64,000 nt of DNA. It comes from a virus. Taxonomy: Duplodnaviria; Heunggongvirae; Uroviricota; Caudoviricetes. Positions 20,526 to 30,295 of this stretch are shown piece after piece. The translations under genes were made by a program, and so were the position numbers. Numbering within the stretch: the stretch's first letter is position 1; each line of letters opens with the position of its first letter. The stretch is from positions 1 to 64,000 of the IMG/VR virus record IMGVR_UViG_3300046385_000126; one strand, 5' to 3'. Below the pieces are notes generated by a model. The model ran no database searches, was not told the DNA's origin, and saw only the letters and a program-made list of their open reading frames with translations.

Positions 20526-20727
20526 TATGATCAACGAAGCAAACGTTCTCGCAGTCGTCAAGCAAGTGACCAGCAAACGCGCATATTTCTTCAACGGTAC
20601 ACTGTTCCTGGAGACAGAGGACTCGAAGATTGCTGTTGCTGTGTTCAATGCTCTGCGTGATAATATCACTGCGGCCTTGTCATTCTGCAAGGCTGGCCAA
20701 AGCGAAACAGCATACGACTTCATCTAA
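20526..20727 (+). CDS. hypothetical protein
   Basis: ORF starting MINEANVLAV. An upstream GTATAAT -10-like box lies at 20494. Confidence 0.4.
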
Positions 20728-20737
20728 GGATCACATC

Positions 20738-20938
20738 ATGTCTCTGACAATCGCTGAACGTAACTATCTCGAGGCTGAGCTGTTCGCTGTCGCTAATTTG
20801 CCAGTCGATGACAAGCACTTCCCATATGGATTCAATATGCAGATTCGCTCAGAGCGAGGTGCAACCAAATGGCTGAAAATCAGCCCTCGACAGATGAAAG
20901 CAATCGAGCAGATCCTGCTCACAGGAGAACAACAATGA
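20738..20938 (+). CDS. hypothetical protein
   Basis: ORF starting MSLTIAERNY. Confidence 0.4.
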   Translation: MSLTIAERNYLEAELFAVANLPVDDKHFPYGFNMQIRSERGATKWLKISPRQMKAIEQILLTGEQQ

Positions 20939-21180
20939 ACCTTCGTGATAATGTACCAGAACACACTCTGGGAGCGATTGACAATTATGTCAAGCACAAG
21001 TACGAGCCAGGGAGCTTCCTGTACTCTGTGCTAATCAACGATCTCAAGGGAGCAGTCAGTTGTGCCGACATGATGAACCAGGCTGCACTTGCTGACATTG
21101 TCAAATATCTGTACAACTATGTTCCAGCAACGTGCTGGGGCAGTGAGGATGCAGTACAACGTTGGTTGGCATCGCGATGA
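20935..21180 (+). CDS. hypothetical protein
   Basis: ORF starting MNLRDNVPEH. Confidence 0.4.
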   Translation: MNLRDNVPEHTLGAIDNYVKHKYEPGSFLYSVLINDLKGAVSCADMMNQAALADIVKYLYNYVPATCWGSEDAVQRWLASR

Positions 21181-21560
21181 GAGAAGCAACACTATACACC
21201 ATTCAGGAGCAGAGAGTGGTTGTCCATAACAGAGACTACGTCAGCTTCCATCGTATGGACGCTCCACATCTGATGTGGACAGATGATCACGCTAGTGCTC
21301 TACAGCCTATGAGACGGATCGATGTCCCTGTTGAGCACATTGTTGAAGTGACGGATGGTGTTCGTAAGGATGATTTCATTGCGATTGACCCTGATCTACG
21401 GGAGATGATCGAGGCGCCGATCAAACGTGAGCATGGTGAGCATATGGACATGCTAAGAAAACAGATTCAGATCCTGACATGGGATGTGGAGTGGTATCGA
21501 CTGCGTGTCAAGGGGTACAACGAACTGCCATGGTACAAACGCATTTGGAGAAAACCATGA
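21162..21560 (+). CDS. hypothetical protein
   Basis: 132 aa. Confidence 0.4.
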   Translation: MVGIAMREATLYTIQEQRVVVHNRDYVSFHRMDAPHLMWTDDHASALQPMRRIDVPVEHIVEVTDGVRKDDFIAIDPDLREMIEAPIKREHGEHMDMLRKQIQILTWDVEWYRLRVKGYNELPWYKRIWRKP

Positions 21561-21787
21561 CTGTGCCACGCGAGAGAACGAATGCTGTTGTGTTCACAGG
21601 GAACTTCCTGTACGATCTGATTGATCCGAAGAAGACGCCACGTGTACCGAAAGCAATCCGTCAACGAGCAAAAGGTCTGCTCAGACATTATCCCACTCTG
21701 TATGAGATGGAAGTGATTGCTGACCGCGAAGATGGTGACAATCAACATCCATTCGGATCGAAAGTTTTTGGCAAAGGATATATGTAA
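21557..21787 (+). CDS. hypothetical protein
   Basis: ORF starting MTVPRERTNA. Confidence 0.4.
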   Translation: MTVPRERTNAVVFTGNFLYDLIDPKKTPRVPKAIRQRAKGLLRHYPTLYEMEVIADREDGDNQHPFGSKVFGKGYM

Positions 21788-21999
21788 TGGCAAGGATCGA
21801 AAAGCCTCAGGGCGATATGTTCAAAGTGGAGTTCACAGAGTATGAACGTGGATGGGGATCAAAGCACTGGGACACTGAGTATTATGACAACGAAGCGGAG
21901 GCTCGTCAACGAGCAGTCGACTACAACAAGGAGCATAACAACTTGGATTCTGCTCCCGACTGGTATGTCCGTGCTGATTATGCTGGTATGGTGCGGTAA
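21787..21999 (+). CDS. hypothetical protein
   Basis: 70 aa. Confidence 0.4.
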   Translation: MARIEKPQGDMFKVEFTEYERGWGSKHWDTEYYDNEAEARQRAVDYNKEHNNLDSAPDWYVRADYAGMVR

Positions 22000-22193
22000 T
22001 GGAGCAGGACTATGATGTTGTAGTTGATGTCCTGCAAAAGCATTACGACAAGTTGTGGGACATGACAAGACAGAACATGCAGTCTGAGTTCATAGGGATG
22101 AACATCATGGATGACATTCGCCTAAGGCAGATGGATGAGCTTAGAGAAGCGATCTGGATGTGGCAAGAGAAAAAGCTCCATGAAACTAAGTGA
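21999..22193 (+). CDS. hypothetical protein
   Basis: 64 aa. Confidence 0.35.
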   Translation: MEQDYDVVVDVLQKHYDKLWDMTRQNMQSEFIGMNIMDDIRLRQMDELREAIWMWQEKKLHETK

Positions 22194-22506
22194 ACTTCAC
22201 AGGATTGTCAACCTAACACACCGTCCGGGCCATTATGTGGATCCGGACGTAACTATTGCAATCAGCATGCCATATGCTACGATTGGCGCTCATCCTATGG
22301 TCAATGTCAAATCAGCATCGCTAGGGTTTGACTGGGAGAATGGCAAGTTCATAATCTGGCCAGAGGAAAAGCTACAGCATTTCGATGTTGACTTTGCTGC
22401 TCAAATGAGTAAAATGCAAAAGGAGCTTGGTGCGTCTGACTATGAGCGCCGAGGGTTACAGGCCGAGGTCAAGAGACTGAGGAAACTATTGAAAGAGAGC
22501 GAATGA
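22180..22506 (+). CDS. hypothetical protein
   Basis: ORF starting MKLSELHRIV. Confidence 0.4.
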   Translation: MKLSELHRIVNLTHRPGHYVDPDVTIAISMPYATIGAHPMVNVKSASLGFDWENGKFIIWPEEKLQHFDVDFAAQMSKMQKELGASDYERRGLQAEVKRLRKLLKESE

Positions 22507-22611
22507 TGTGTGGTGAAAGTATTGTGTTGTACATTGTACTTGGCCTGTTCATTGCTGGAATTGTATGGGTGCTGCATCTATTCCATGCAGCAACAAAACG
22601 ATAGGGAGTAC

Positions 22612-22837
22612 CATGGGACGGTATGTTGAAGTATACATTGACGAGGACTGGCAAGATGATGTCTCAGATGAGGATCTGATCGCTGAGTGTGATGCCCGGG
22701 GGCTCGAAATAGAGGACCCATTAGACAAACAGGTCAAGCACATTATTACAGCAATGTGGCTGAAAAGACGACTGGGTGTTGACCATCAGAGCGAAATTGA
22801 TCAGTTGATCTATTGCGCAATTGGAAAGATCATATGA
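22612..22837 (+). CDS. hypothetical protein
   Basis: ORF starting MGRYVEVYID. Confidence 0.35.
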
Positions 22838-23013
22838 AAATCCTGACAGACGAGCAGATTGCACGGTGGAAGTCAAAGACAACACGGCAGCTCGAGCAAG
22901 ACCTCAAGAAGGCCATGGAGTTTGTGCAGGAATACCCTCAGTTTGAGCATTCATTGCACAATGAGTACATTCACTTGCTTAAGCGAGAGATTGCTGAAAG
23001 GATTGGACGTTGA
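22813..23013 (+). CDS. hypothetical protein
   Basis: 66 aa. Confidence 0.35.
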   Translation: MRNWKDHMKILTDEQIARWKSKTTRQLEQDLKKAMEFVQEYPQFEHSLHNEYIHLLKREIAERIGR

Positions 23014-23222
23014 ACGAGCACATTAAGAGTTTATCACAAAAGGCTTTGGACTATGCTGCTGAGCAGTATGGTCCTCAACGTCGTGATGAGAAGGTATGGG
23101 AGGCATCTGTGTTTGATGAGAAGTTCGCTGAGCTGATCGTGCGAGCATGTATTGATATCGCTTTGGCCAACGATGATCCATACACTGCTGTGGACATTGG
23201 CAACTACTTTGGTGTGAAATGA
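23010..23222 (+). CDS. hypothetical protein
   Basis: 70 aa. Confidence 0.35.
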   Translation: MNEHIKSLSQKALDYAAEQYGPQRRDEKVWEASVFDEKFAELIVRACIDIALANDDPYTAVDIGNYFGVK

Positions 23223-23515
23223 AGACGACCAAGCTGGTGCTGAGGACATGGGAACAATGGGAATCTGATGGTTTCCATGTGATAAAGGGCCAAAGAGCTA
23301 CAGCATACAATGGAAGAAGTCAAGCGTTGTTCTCATCAGCACAAGTGACAAAGACGATCCATCACAGCTTCGGTGATATACACTATCCACATGGAGAAGT
23401 GTTGACTGCTAGTGAACCACAGCCAAGGACAGTGTACTATGCTGATGGGTCAGGGTATGTTGATTATGGTGGTCCGTGCGGACCGTTGTACTTTGATAGG
23501 AATGGCAATACATGA
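23219..23515 (+). CDS. hypothetical protein
   Basis: 98 aa. Confidence 0.4.
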   Translation: MKTTKLVLRTWEQWESDGFHVIKGQRATAYNGRSQALFSSAQVTKTIHHSFGDIHYPHGEVLTASEPQPRTVYYADGSGYVDYGGPCGPLYFDRNGNT

Positions 23516-23654
23516 AAACGTATTATGTCGTGTACAAGTCGTACCAGAGGCCAGGACTGGAACATTATGAGGTTGTTGCAGAGAACAAAGCCGTTGCCAG
23601 GATGAAGTTTCTGGAAGAGAATATCAAGCATGACTACATCATCAAGATCATTCT

Positions 23655-23921
23655 ATGATACACTACAGTAACACAAACAATCCAATTGACTTTCCCAAGG
23701 CCAGTGATAAGCCTTTTGTCGATCAGATCATTGGTCAGGCATTGGATGATGTTGTCAGCCACACATGGACATCATTACAATACGAACAGGTCACTGATGT
23801 TCAGAGGCGAACGATAGAGCTCGTGGTCAGGGAATGTGCATTGATTGCTGGCCTGATGGAGCTTGAAGGTCGTAAGAGTATTGGAGCTGTTATGTTGGAC
23901 AGATTTGGAGTACCGCAATGA
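23655..23921 (+). CDS. hypothetical protein
   Basis: 88 aa. Confidence 0.4.
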   Translation: MIHYSNTNNPIDFPKASDKPFVDQIIGQALDDVVSHTWTSLQYEQVTDVQRRTIELVVRECALIAGLMELEGRKSIGAVMLDRFGVPQ

Positions 23922-24412
23922 TCCGATGGATTGAAAATGTTAGCATGAGTGCTATTCACCTTGGTCACCATAGTGATCTGGGGGATAATTGCTTGCTGAT
24001 CCGCATTCAGGACCCAGCAACGGAGTTCAAACCATCAAAACGTCAGTTCAAGCAAGTGCATTGTTTTGAATTCCTCGATGCAGAGGACTCGGACGGGTTT
24101 CCAGATGAGACCAAGATCAGTGATGATCAGGCAAAGGAAATCATTTCGCTGCTTGAGCATGCACTTGAGAAGCAGATGAACGTGATGGTTCATTGTCATG
24201 CAGGGATCTGTAGGAGCGGTGCTGTCACTGAGGTTGGTACAATGATGGGGTTCACGGCAACGGAACGTTTTCGTCAGCCAAACCTTCGTGTCAAGCATAA
24301 GATGATGAAGGCACTCGGATGGACATATGACTCTGATGAGCCTAAGAAGTCTGTTGGTGGATGGATATCTGATGGTGGCGTGTGGCTGCCAGACAACTTT
24401 GGAGTAGAATAA
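23918..24412 (+). CDS. Cys-based protein phosphatase (dual-specificity/tyrosine phosphatase fold)
   Basis: HCHAGICRSG is a perfect CX5R P-loop (HCxxGxxRS) of the PTP/DSP family. Confidence 0.7.
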   Translation: MIRWIENVSMSAIHLGHHSDLGDNCLLIRIQDPATEFKPSKRQFKQVHCFEFLDAEDSDGFPDETKISDDQAKEIISLLEHALEKQMNVMVHCHAGICRSGAVTEVGTMMGFTATERFRQPNLRVKHKMMKALGWTYDSDEPKKSVGGWISDGGVWLPDNFGVE

Positions 24413-24615
24413 TGATCGAATTTAGGTATGTCATTCGTAAGAGCAGTGCGACTGCTGAAAAGATCAGGGAGTATGCTAATGAGCATGACATTCCTTTGAT
24501 GCTGGCCAAGAGAGAATTGGAAGATGTAACTGATCCAATCCTGCAGTATCGTGTGCTACCCGTTCCTGCATTGTGGCAGGATGTTCAAACTGTTGTGGAG
24601 TACCGGAATGAATGA
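24412..24615 (+). CDS. hypothetical protein
   Basis: ORF starting MIEFRYVIRK. Confidence 0.35.
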   Translation: MIEFRYVIRKSSATAEKIREYANEHDIPLMLAKRELEDVTDPILQYRVLPVPALWQDVQTVVEYRNE

Positions 24616-24820
24616 TCAGATCTATAAACTTTACGCACGAGCATTTCAAGTGTTTGACAAACGTGATGAAAACTATTACGAAATGATGGCTAAGTTCACA
24701 GAGTTGATTGTTGAGGAGTGCGTTCAAGTTGCCGGACCAGATGATTCGTATACGGACGAGTGGTTCAAGGCAAAAGCAGATTCTGTGGCAAAGATCAAGC
24801 AACATTTTGGAATTCAATAA
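24611..24820 (+). CDS. hypothetical protein
   Basis: ORF starting MNDQIYKLYA. Confidence 0.35.
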   Translation, partial: NDQIYKLYARAFQVFDKRDENYYEMMAKFTELIVEECVQVAGPDDSYTDEWFKAKADSVAKIKQHFGIQ

Positions 24821-24990
24821 TGTCTCAGTTCGTTGTAAGAGAAGTTGAATGGGGTGGTGATGTGGATGGCACTGGTCCTGAGCGTTGGCTGGGCAGGGCA
24901 TTGGGATGTTTCGACACTGAGAATGAAGCCTTGGACTTCGTCGATACACAGTGGACTGATTGTCAAGTTGTTGAAGAAGAAGTAAAATGA
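24820..24990 (+). CDS. hypothetical protein
   Basis: ORF starting MSQFVVREVEW. Confidence 0.3.
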   Translation: MSQFVVREVEWGGDVDGTGPERWLGRALGCFDTENEALDFVDTQWTDCQVVEEEVK

Positions 24991-25235
24991 CCGAAGCTAA
25001 ACCATGTCCATTCTGCGGAACAAAAATCGACGTCAACAACCGAGACATCATGTATCCGGCAGGATTTGGTTGGAAGGAAGAAGACGGGCATCGACACTAT
25101 GTGGACATATATGATGTGCCACACGAACAGTGGTGCTATAAGATTGTTTGCCAAGAGCACTATGGCGGATGCTGTGCACAGATGATTGGTGATTCTGTTG
25201 ATGAAGTTATAGAGAAATGGAATAAGCGAGTATGA
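24987..25235 (+). CDS. hypothetical Cys-rich (probable Zn-ribbon) protein
   Basis: CPFCGTK...CQEHYGGCC. Confidence 0.4.
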   Translation: MTEAKPCPFCGTKIDVNNRDIMYPAGFGWKEEDGHRHYVDIYDVPHEQWCYKIVCQEHYGGCCAQMIGDSVDEVIEKWNKRV

Positions 25236-25546
25236 ATGATCAAATCAAAGCCGGAGCTGAGATCCATGCAGGGGATGGTGGATACTCTATTGGCACGAAG
25301 GAAGCTCATGATGAATTTGTTAAAGCACGTAATGCGTCAATGGAGCAGACAGCAATCGAGCAATGGCTGAGTAAGCCACGTCCATGGCCACAGGCATGTG
25401 GATGTCTCGGTCCGATCAATGGTGATCCTGTATGTCCATGTGCAATGCAATGGATGGAGAAGGTTGCCGGGCAATGGTATCAGATTATTGAGCACCATGG
25501 TCCGTCTGGCGTTACGCATACAGCACAGTTGGTGGAGGTCAAATGA
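25232..25546 (+). CDS. hypothetical Cys-rich protein
   Basis: 104 aa, CGCLGPINGDPVCPC. Confidence 0.4.
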   Translation: MNDQIKAGAEIHAGDGGYSIGTKEAHDEFVKARNASMEQTAIEQWLSKPRPWPQACGCLGPINGDPVCPCAMQWMEKVAGQWYQIIEHHGPSGVTHTAQLVEVK

Positions 25547-25728
25547 ATGATTTGATGGTAATAGAAGAGGTTGACCAACTTGATGATCTGCCAGAGTATT
25601 GTCCGACATGCGGGCTGGAGTGGAGCGGTACGAGCTGTGGTCTTGATGATTGCGGATGGGTAACAGGAGGTGACGAATGAACGAACGAATCAAAGAACTT
25701 GCTAGAGTTATACATTACATGCAATATG

Positions 25729-26022
25729 GAGAATATCATGGATAAGCGACTTATGCAGCTGATTCAAGAAACTAAAGGTATACTTCGTAACAAAACAATT
25801 ACCGTAGATGATTTGAATAGAGCGTTGGCATGTGCAGAATGGTCTGAGCGGGTTTTACGTGGACAAATATCAAAAGAAATCAGTGAGTTGTTGACCAAGT
25901 TTGTTGAAGAAATTCTATTACTCAATAAAGAAATTCAAAAAGATATGGACTATATGGCTGCCAGAGATTACTCTGATTGGGTTAGTGATTCTCAGTCTAA
26001 TTACGATTGCGGGGAACTATGA
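25729..26022 (+). CDS. hypothetical protein
   Basis: ORF starting MENIMDKRLM. Confidence 0.35.
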   Translation, partial: ENIMDKRLMQLIQETKGILRNKTITVDDLNRALACAEWSERVLRGQISKEISELLTKFVEEILLLNKEIQKDMDYMAARDYSDWVSDSQSNYDCGEL

Positions 26023-26231
26023 ACGAACGAATTCTACAACTTGCTGAACAAGCTAACGTCAATTTTGGTAAAGGCTTAGAATTTGCGGTGGTGTTTGGTG
26101 AGCTAGAAGATTTTAAAAAGTTCGCCGAGTTGCTTGTTCAGGAATGTGCTACAATCGCAGATAAAAACAGCCCGTTGTCATATCCGGATCATGGCATTAA
26201 GATTAAAAGACATTTCGGAGTTGAAGAATGA
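26022..26231 (+). CDS. hypothetical protein
   Basis: ORF starting MNERILQLAE. Confidence 0.35.
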   Translation, partial: NERILQLAEQANVNFGKGLEFAVVFGELEDFKKFAELLVQECATIADKNSPLSYPDHGIKIKRHFGVEE

Positions 26232-26446
26232 ACATCCAAACAGTAGCAGAAAATCTGCGTAACACAATCTCCGGCAAAGAACAATATTTGGTAGCAGTCA
26301 TTAATGGACTGCAAAGCTCCAAAGGTGTTGATCGTGTTGTTCTTAAAACTACAAAGGCTATGCTTGAACTCAACATCAACGAACTCAAGCGTGTCTTGCA
26401 GGATGTGGAACAGTGTGAAGATCAATTAGCCGCTGACGCTAGATAA
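26228..26446 (+). CDS. hypothetical protein
   Basis: 72 aa. Confidence 0.35.
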   Translation: MNIQTVAENLRNTISGKEQYLVAVINGLQSSKGVDRVVLKTTKAMLELNINELKRVLQDVEQCEDQLAADAR

Positions 26447-26611
26447 TAAGGAAATAGTATGAGTCAAATTCTAGTTTGAACAACTTGAGTTAGTAAGCGA
26501 CACCGAGTCCTTCGATGCGATGCCTGAAGGAGCCAAAGACCACTCATTTGGTCGTGTGGTTGCCATCAATCAAGTTGTAGCGGATATCAAAGAACATTTC
26601 GGAGTTGAAGA

Positions 26612-26815
26612 ATGAATGTACAACAATTGATTGATAAGCTCAAAGAGTATCCAAAGGACAGTATGGTTGTCGTCAATGGGTACGAAGGTGGGGTGAGTGA
26701 AGTCAGTAGCATGTCCGAGTGTAGGCTACGATTAAATGTCAATACTGCATGGTATTATGGGTGTCATGAGGTGAAAGATGATGGCGATACACCTGCTGTG
26801 TGGATTGGCGGGTAA
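26612..26815 (+). CDS. hypothetical protein
   Basis: 67 aa. Confidence 0.35.
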   Translation: MNVQQLIDKLKEYPKDSMVVVNGYEGGVSEVSSMSECRLRLNVNTAWYYGCHEVKDDGDTPAVWIGG

Positions 26816-26923
26816 AGTAATTAATTTGTGTGTGACAATGGAATAATTTAATTAATTAATGTCTGAGCGGAATTAATTAAAATAATTGTTGTATGCACAT
26901 GCGAACCAGGAGATAATTGGCGT

Positions 26924-27271
26924 ATGAATAATGCTCTTACATCATTTGAATGGTTCGTACTATACATTGTAGTGACGAGTGCCGTCGCTCATGTCCAATG
27001 GGTAAAGAAGGCGGCAAGTAAGAAGAAGACTACAGTACGTAAGCCAGTAGCACAACAGGTAGAAGAGCCACAGCCAAAACAAGCTAAATGCGCACAAACA
27101 GTAGAGAATGTGTATAAAGAGCGATTGATTACCCCTAAGGAGACTAAGGTAAGGGATAGGGTAGTAAAGGTCAATGAGAAGGCAGCACAGTACTACCTTA
27201 TGCAGAAAGAGATAGACAGAGGGATGGCCAACTTGACTAGCAAGTATCATAAAGGTTCCCAAGCAAAGTGA
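26924..27271 (+). CDS. hypothetical protein with an N-terminal TM helix
   Basis: 115 aa, hydrophobic N-terminus then K-rich segment. GGAGATAATTGGCGTATG upstream. Confidence 0.4.
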   Translation: MNNALTSFEWFVLYIVVTSAVAHVQWVKKAASKKKTTVRKPVAQQVEEPQPKQAKCAQTVENVYKERLITPKETKVRDRVVKVNEKAAQYYLMQKEIDRGMANLTSKYHKGSQAK

Positions 27272-27539
27272 TGGGAGATCCCGTTTACCTGGCATAGCAG
27301 AAAGCCAGTTACCTATACACGTTACCTGCATCCACTAGAATCCGTTTTACCAGCGTTTTACCCACTCGTCTATAGGATGATGTGGGTTTTCGTTGTTCAC
27401 ATTTAAATACGGTTTTAAACAGGGTATCGTGACACATTGTTGCTCTAATGCCGGGATAAAAGAAACAATCTTGCTAATCCGCAGGGTATCGGGATAAAGT
27501 GTTGCTTTCCAGGATATTCCTGCCACTATCGGCCGCTTA

Positions 27540-27790
27540 TGTGCTTGGACACAAAAGTACCCACAGCCACGCTCAGAGTAGCACAGGATAGCCACAGTAG
27601 CACTTTTGGTTCCAGAAACGTTCTGGACACAGAGTAGCCCATAGCACTTCTGTGTCCCAGCCGGAGTTGAACACAGAGTAGCCACTAGCACGTTTGGTTC
27701 CAGTTCGAGCCTGGACACTGAAGTCCCATAGCACTTTTGTTTCCCATTCAGATTGAACACAGAATAGCTACAGCCCTTTCTAGCCACACA
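27540..27790. repeat. array of ~4-5 degenerate direct repeats (~42-45 nt units beginning CACAGAGTAGC...)
   Basis: Units CACAGAGTAGCCCATAGCACTTCTGTGTCCCAGCCGGAGTTGAA, CACAGAGTAGCCACTAGCACGTTTGGTTCCAGTTCGAGCCTGGA, CACTGAAGTCCCATAGCACTTTTGTTTCCCATTCAGATTGAA and CACAGAATAGCTACAGCC... Lies in a ~900-nt noncoding stretch. Confidence 0.6.
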
Positions 27791-28371
27791 GCTATAGTTT
27801 TAGCAACAGCAATCGTATATCAAAACATGCAAGCTTGTCAACAGTAAGGTTATTCAAGCGTACAGTTGACAAGGTTATTATTTTGCTGTATGCTGCTGAG
27901 TGGGAAGATCCCAAAACTCGGCCGCAACTATTATTAGTCACTCTCGCTGTCCATCCCCAGATTGCCTGTTCGAACGCATGTCAGTAGCATCTCATAGATC
28001 TGAGGGTCAGTCAACATGTAAATAATGTCCTTCAATTCCGTATGGATACTTTGTAGCCATGTTGTCAGAAGTTCAAAAACCATGATGATAGACGCAACAA
28101 CCACAGGAGTGTTTCTATGACGATCGATCAAATCAATTCAATTGCACGTCTACAACGGATGGAACGACAGTTGTATCAGACAATCACCAAAACGATTCCG
28201 ATGCGGAATATCGATCAGGCAAAATGGATGCACGAACAACTCACTACCATACAACAACACATCCGTCAACAACAACAATATTGTGCTTACAAACAAGGCT
28301 GATACTTCTAACCTACGTTGACCAAGTTCAGAATCCATCAGACAATCATCACACATTAACAGGAGAATCAC

Positions 28372-28734
28372 ATGATCAATACTACTCACCCCTTCCCCAG
28401 CGTCAACAACAACAACCTGCAGAAGGTTCTACACGATCGTGACACTATTCGCGCACTCGCTGTTCAAATTGTCGGTGCGCAAGTAGAGGCACATTTGGAC
28501 ATGATTTCGGATGCTGGCACTATTGAGTACGGAACGTTCCAAGAAGTAGCAGGATGTATTCAAGGGGCAAAAGAGAGTGTAAAGGACTACATTGCCGATC
28601 TGTTGGCAGACTTCAGTACTACTCTTTACGAAGAAGTCGCTAAGGTGAAAGTGGAAACAAAAGCGTTCATTCAGAAACCGACAGCAGATGGTCGGATCGA
28701 CATCGATGCAGAAGTGGATGTGTATATCGACTGA
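28372..28734 (+). CDS. hypothetical protein
   Basis: 120 aa. AGGAGAATCACATG RBS. Confidence 0.45.
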   Translation: MINTTHPFPSVNNNNLQKVLHDRDTIRALAVQIVGAQVEAHLDMISDAGTIEYGTFQEVAGCIQGAKESVKDYIADLLADFSTTLYEEVAKVKVETKAFIQKPTADGRIDIDAEVDVYID

Positions 28735-28753
28735 GAGTCAACAGGATCAAATA

Positions 28754-28999
28754 ATGCCCTTCTCTTTTGGGAGGGTATTGTTGGACACTGTTGTCCGTTT
28801 GGAGAAAAGCATGACCGAATTCACACATGACGATTATGAGGAGTTTCTGAACGACATCCATCCTGAGGTGGTTGTCTTGGGATCGAAAGTAGGGTACGGA
28901 TCGATTGCACGTTCTGTTGAACCGATTGGCTTTGTAGAGTCTTTCAATCAATATGTCAACAGCTTCGATCAATACCCTTCACAAACCAACGCTTATTAA
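28754..28999 (+). CDS. hypothetical protein
   Basis: ORF starting MPFSFGRVLL. Confidence 0.4.
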   Translation: MPFSFGRVLLDTVVRLEKSMTEFTHDDYEEFLNDIHPEVVVLGSKVGYGSIARSVEPIGFVESFNQYVNSFDQYPSQTNAY

Positions 29000-29084
29000 A
29001 TTAACAGTTGACCAAGTTTAGAAACTGTTGATAATAGGACGTACTGCAGTAAGCAGTGATTCAAAAACCTAAATGGAGTTTATC

Positions 29085-29717
29085 ATGACAGCAGCAATCG
29101 CACAAATGGCAGCAACTTTGACCACCGACAAAACCCCTGCGAAAAAGACTCGCAAACCTACGGCGAAGAAAGTTGAAACCAAAAGTGTTACGAACGAAGT
29201 GGCAATCAACCCTGTGGCTATTATGGAGTCGTTGGGGTTGGATGTTGACGGTTCAGTGTCCAAAGCAGTCAACGATTTGGGGATGTACTTCAACGAATCT
29301 GAAAACAAACTTGCTAGTGCCAACACAATCATCACTAGTTTGGGTGGCACTGAAATGTCCAACGAACTCGAAGCGGACATGATGGCAAAGGCTCTGATTG
29401 AGCAAGTAATGAAAACAAAAGAGTCATATTCGGCAGAAGTGGCAGTGACGAAAGCTACTGAGAAAGTAGCACGAGTGTTGAACAATATGCCAGAACTGAA
29501 AGTAGCAAAGGAAGTCACAGAAGTGCCTACTACTACCCCATCAGGACGTGCGAACAAAAACAACAACGAGAAGAAAGCTAACGCTAAAGTGATCTACGAT
29601 CGCATGAATGACGGTACTTCTAGCCAGTCTGCTATCGCAAAGCAGATCGCAAGTGAACTTGACATCACGTTTGCTAACGCTTTCTACTACGTGTCACGAG
29701 TGTTCGGCAAGAAGTGA
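29085..29717 (+). CDS. Lys/Ala-rich basic protein (possible nucleic-acid-binding)
   Basis: The N-terminus has many K/T/A (TPAKKTRKPTAKKVETK). The C-terminus is helical. Confidence 0.5.
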   Translation: MTAAIAQMAATLTTDKTPAKKTRKPTAKKVETKSVTNEVAINPVAIMESLGLDVDGSVSKAVNDLGMYFNESENKLASANTIITSLGGTEMSNELEADMMAKALIEQVMKTKESYSAEVAVTKATEKVARVLNNMPELKVAKEVTEVPTTTPSGRANKNNNEKKANAKVIYDRMNDGTSSQSAIAKQIASELDITFANAFYYVSRVFGKK

Positions 29718-30295
29718 TACTAGTTAGTTACCTCCCCTGCAGACAACCTTGCAGGGGAGTAACGACAAGGACCAACCAATGTTGAAACCAATAGTGTCAC
29801 TACTCGAAGCATTCTCTAACACATGGGAGTCACTCATGCAAGTCGTTGAATGGATTGGACTGAACACAGAAGTGCTACTGACCAAGCTATTCATTCATGA
29901 GTAAGCGTACATCAGAACCCCCTGCAGGACAACACTAAAAACAAGTGTATTCTGTAGGGGGTTATAGCCATATGGGTGCTATAGGGATACCCACCCCGGA
30001 GAGGGGTTTTTAAACCAAATATTATGCATGGCTGTAGATGAATTTCTTTCCGCTCAGGATAGCTCAGCACGCCCCCCGAAAGTTCCCGCGTTTCTCTTCC
30101 CGCGGATCTCAGAATTTTTTTTCCCGCAAAATCAGTAAAATCCGAAATCCACACGGGGGCGGAAATATACGCTATATGTGGCCGACACGTCCATAGAAAT
30201 TTTTTTTGTAAAAAATTATGAAAATAACGGTTGCCTGTTGTTTAGAGTTCTGATACAATAAACGTTCTTTCAACAAACTCGTATAGGATGTTATT

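Noticed and set aside
27347-27787. 146-aa minus-strand ORF
   Set aside because: Lies entirely within the degenerate tandem repeats. Composition is driven by the repeat. No RBS.
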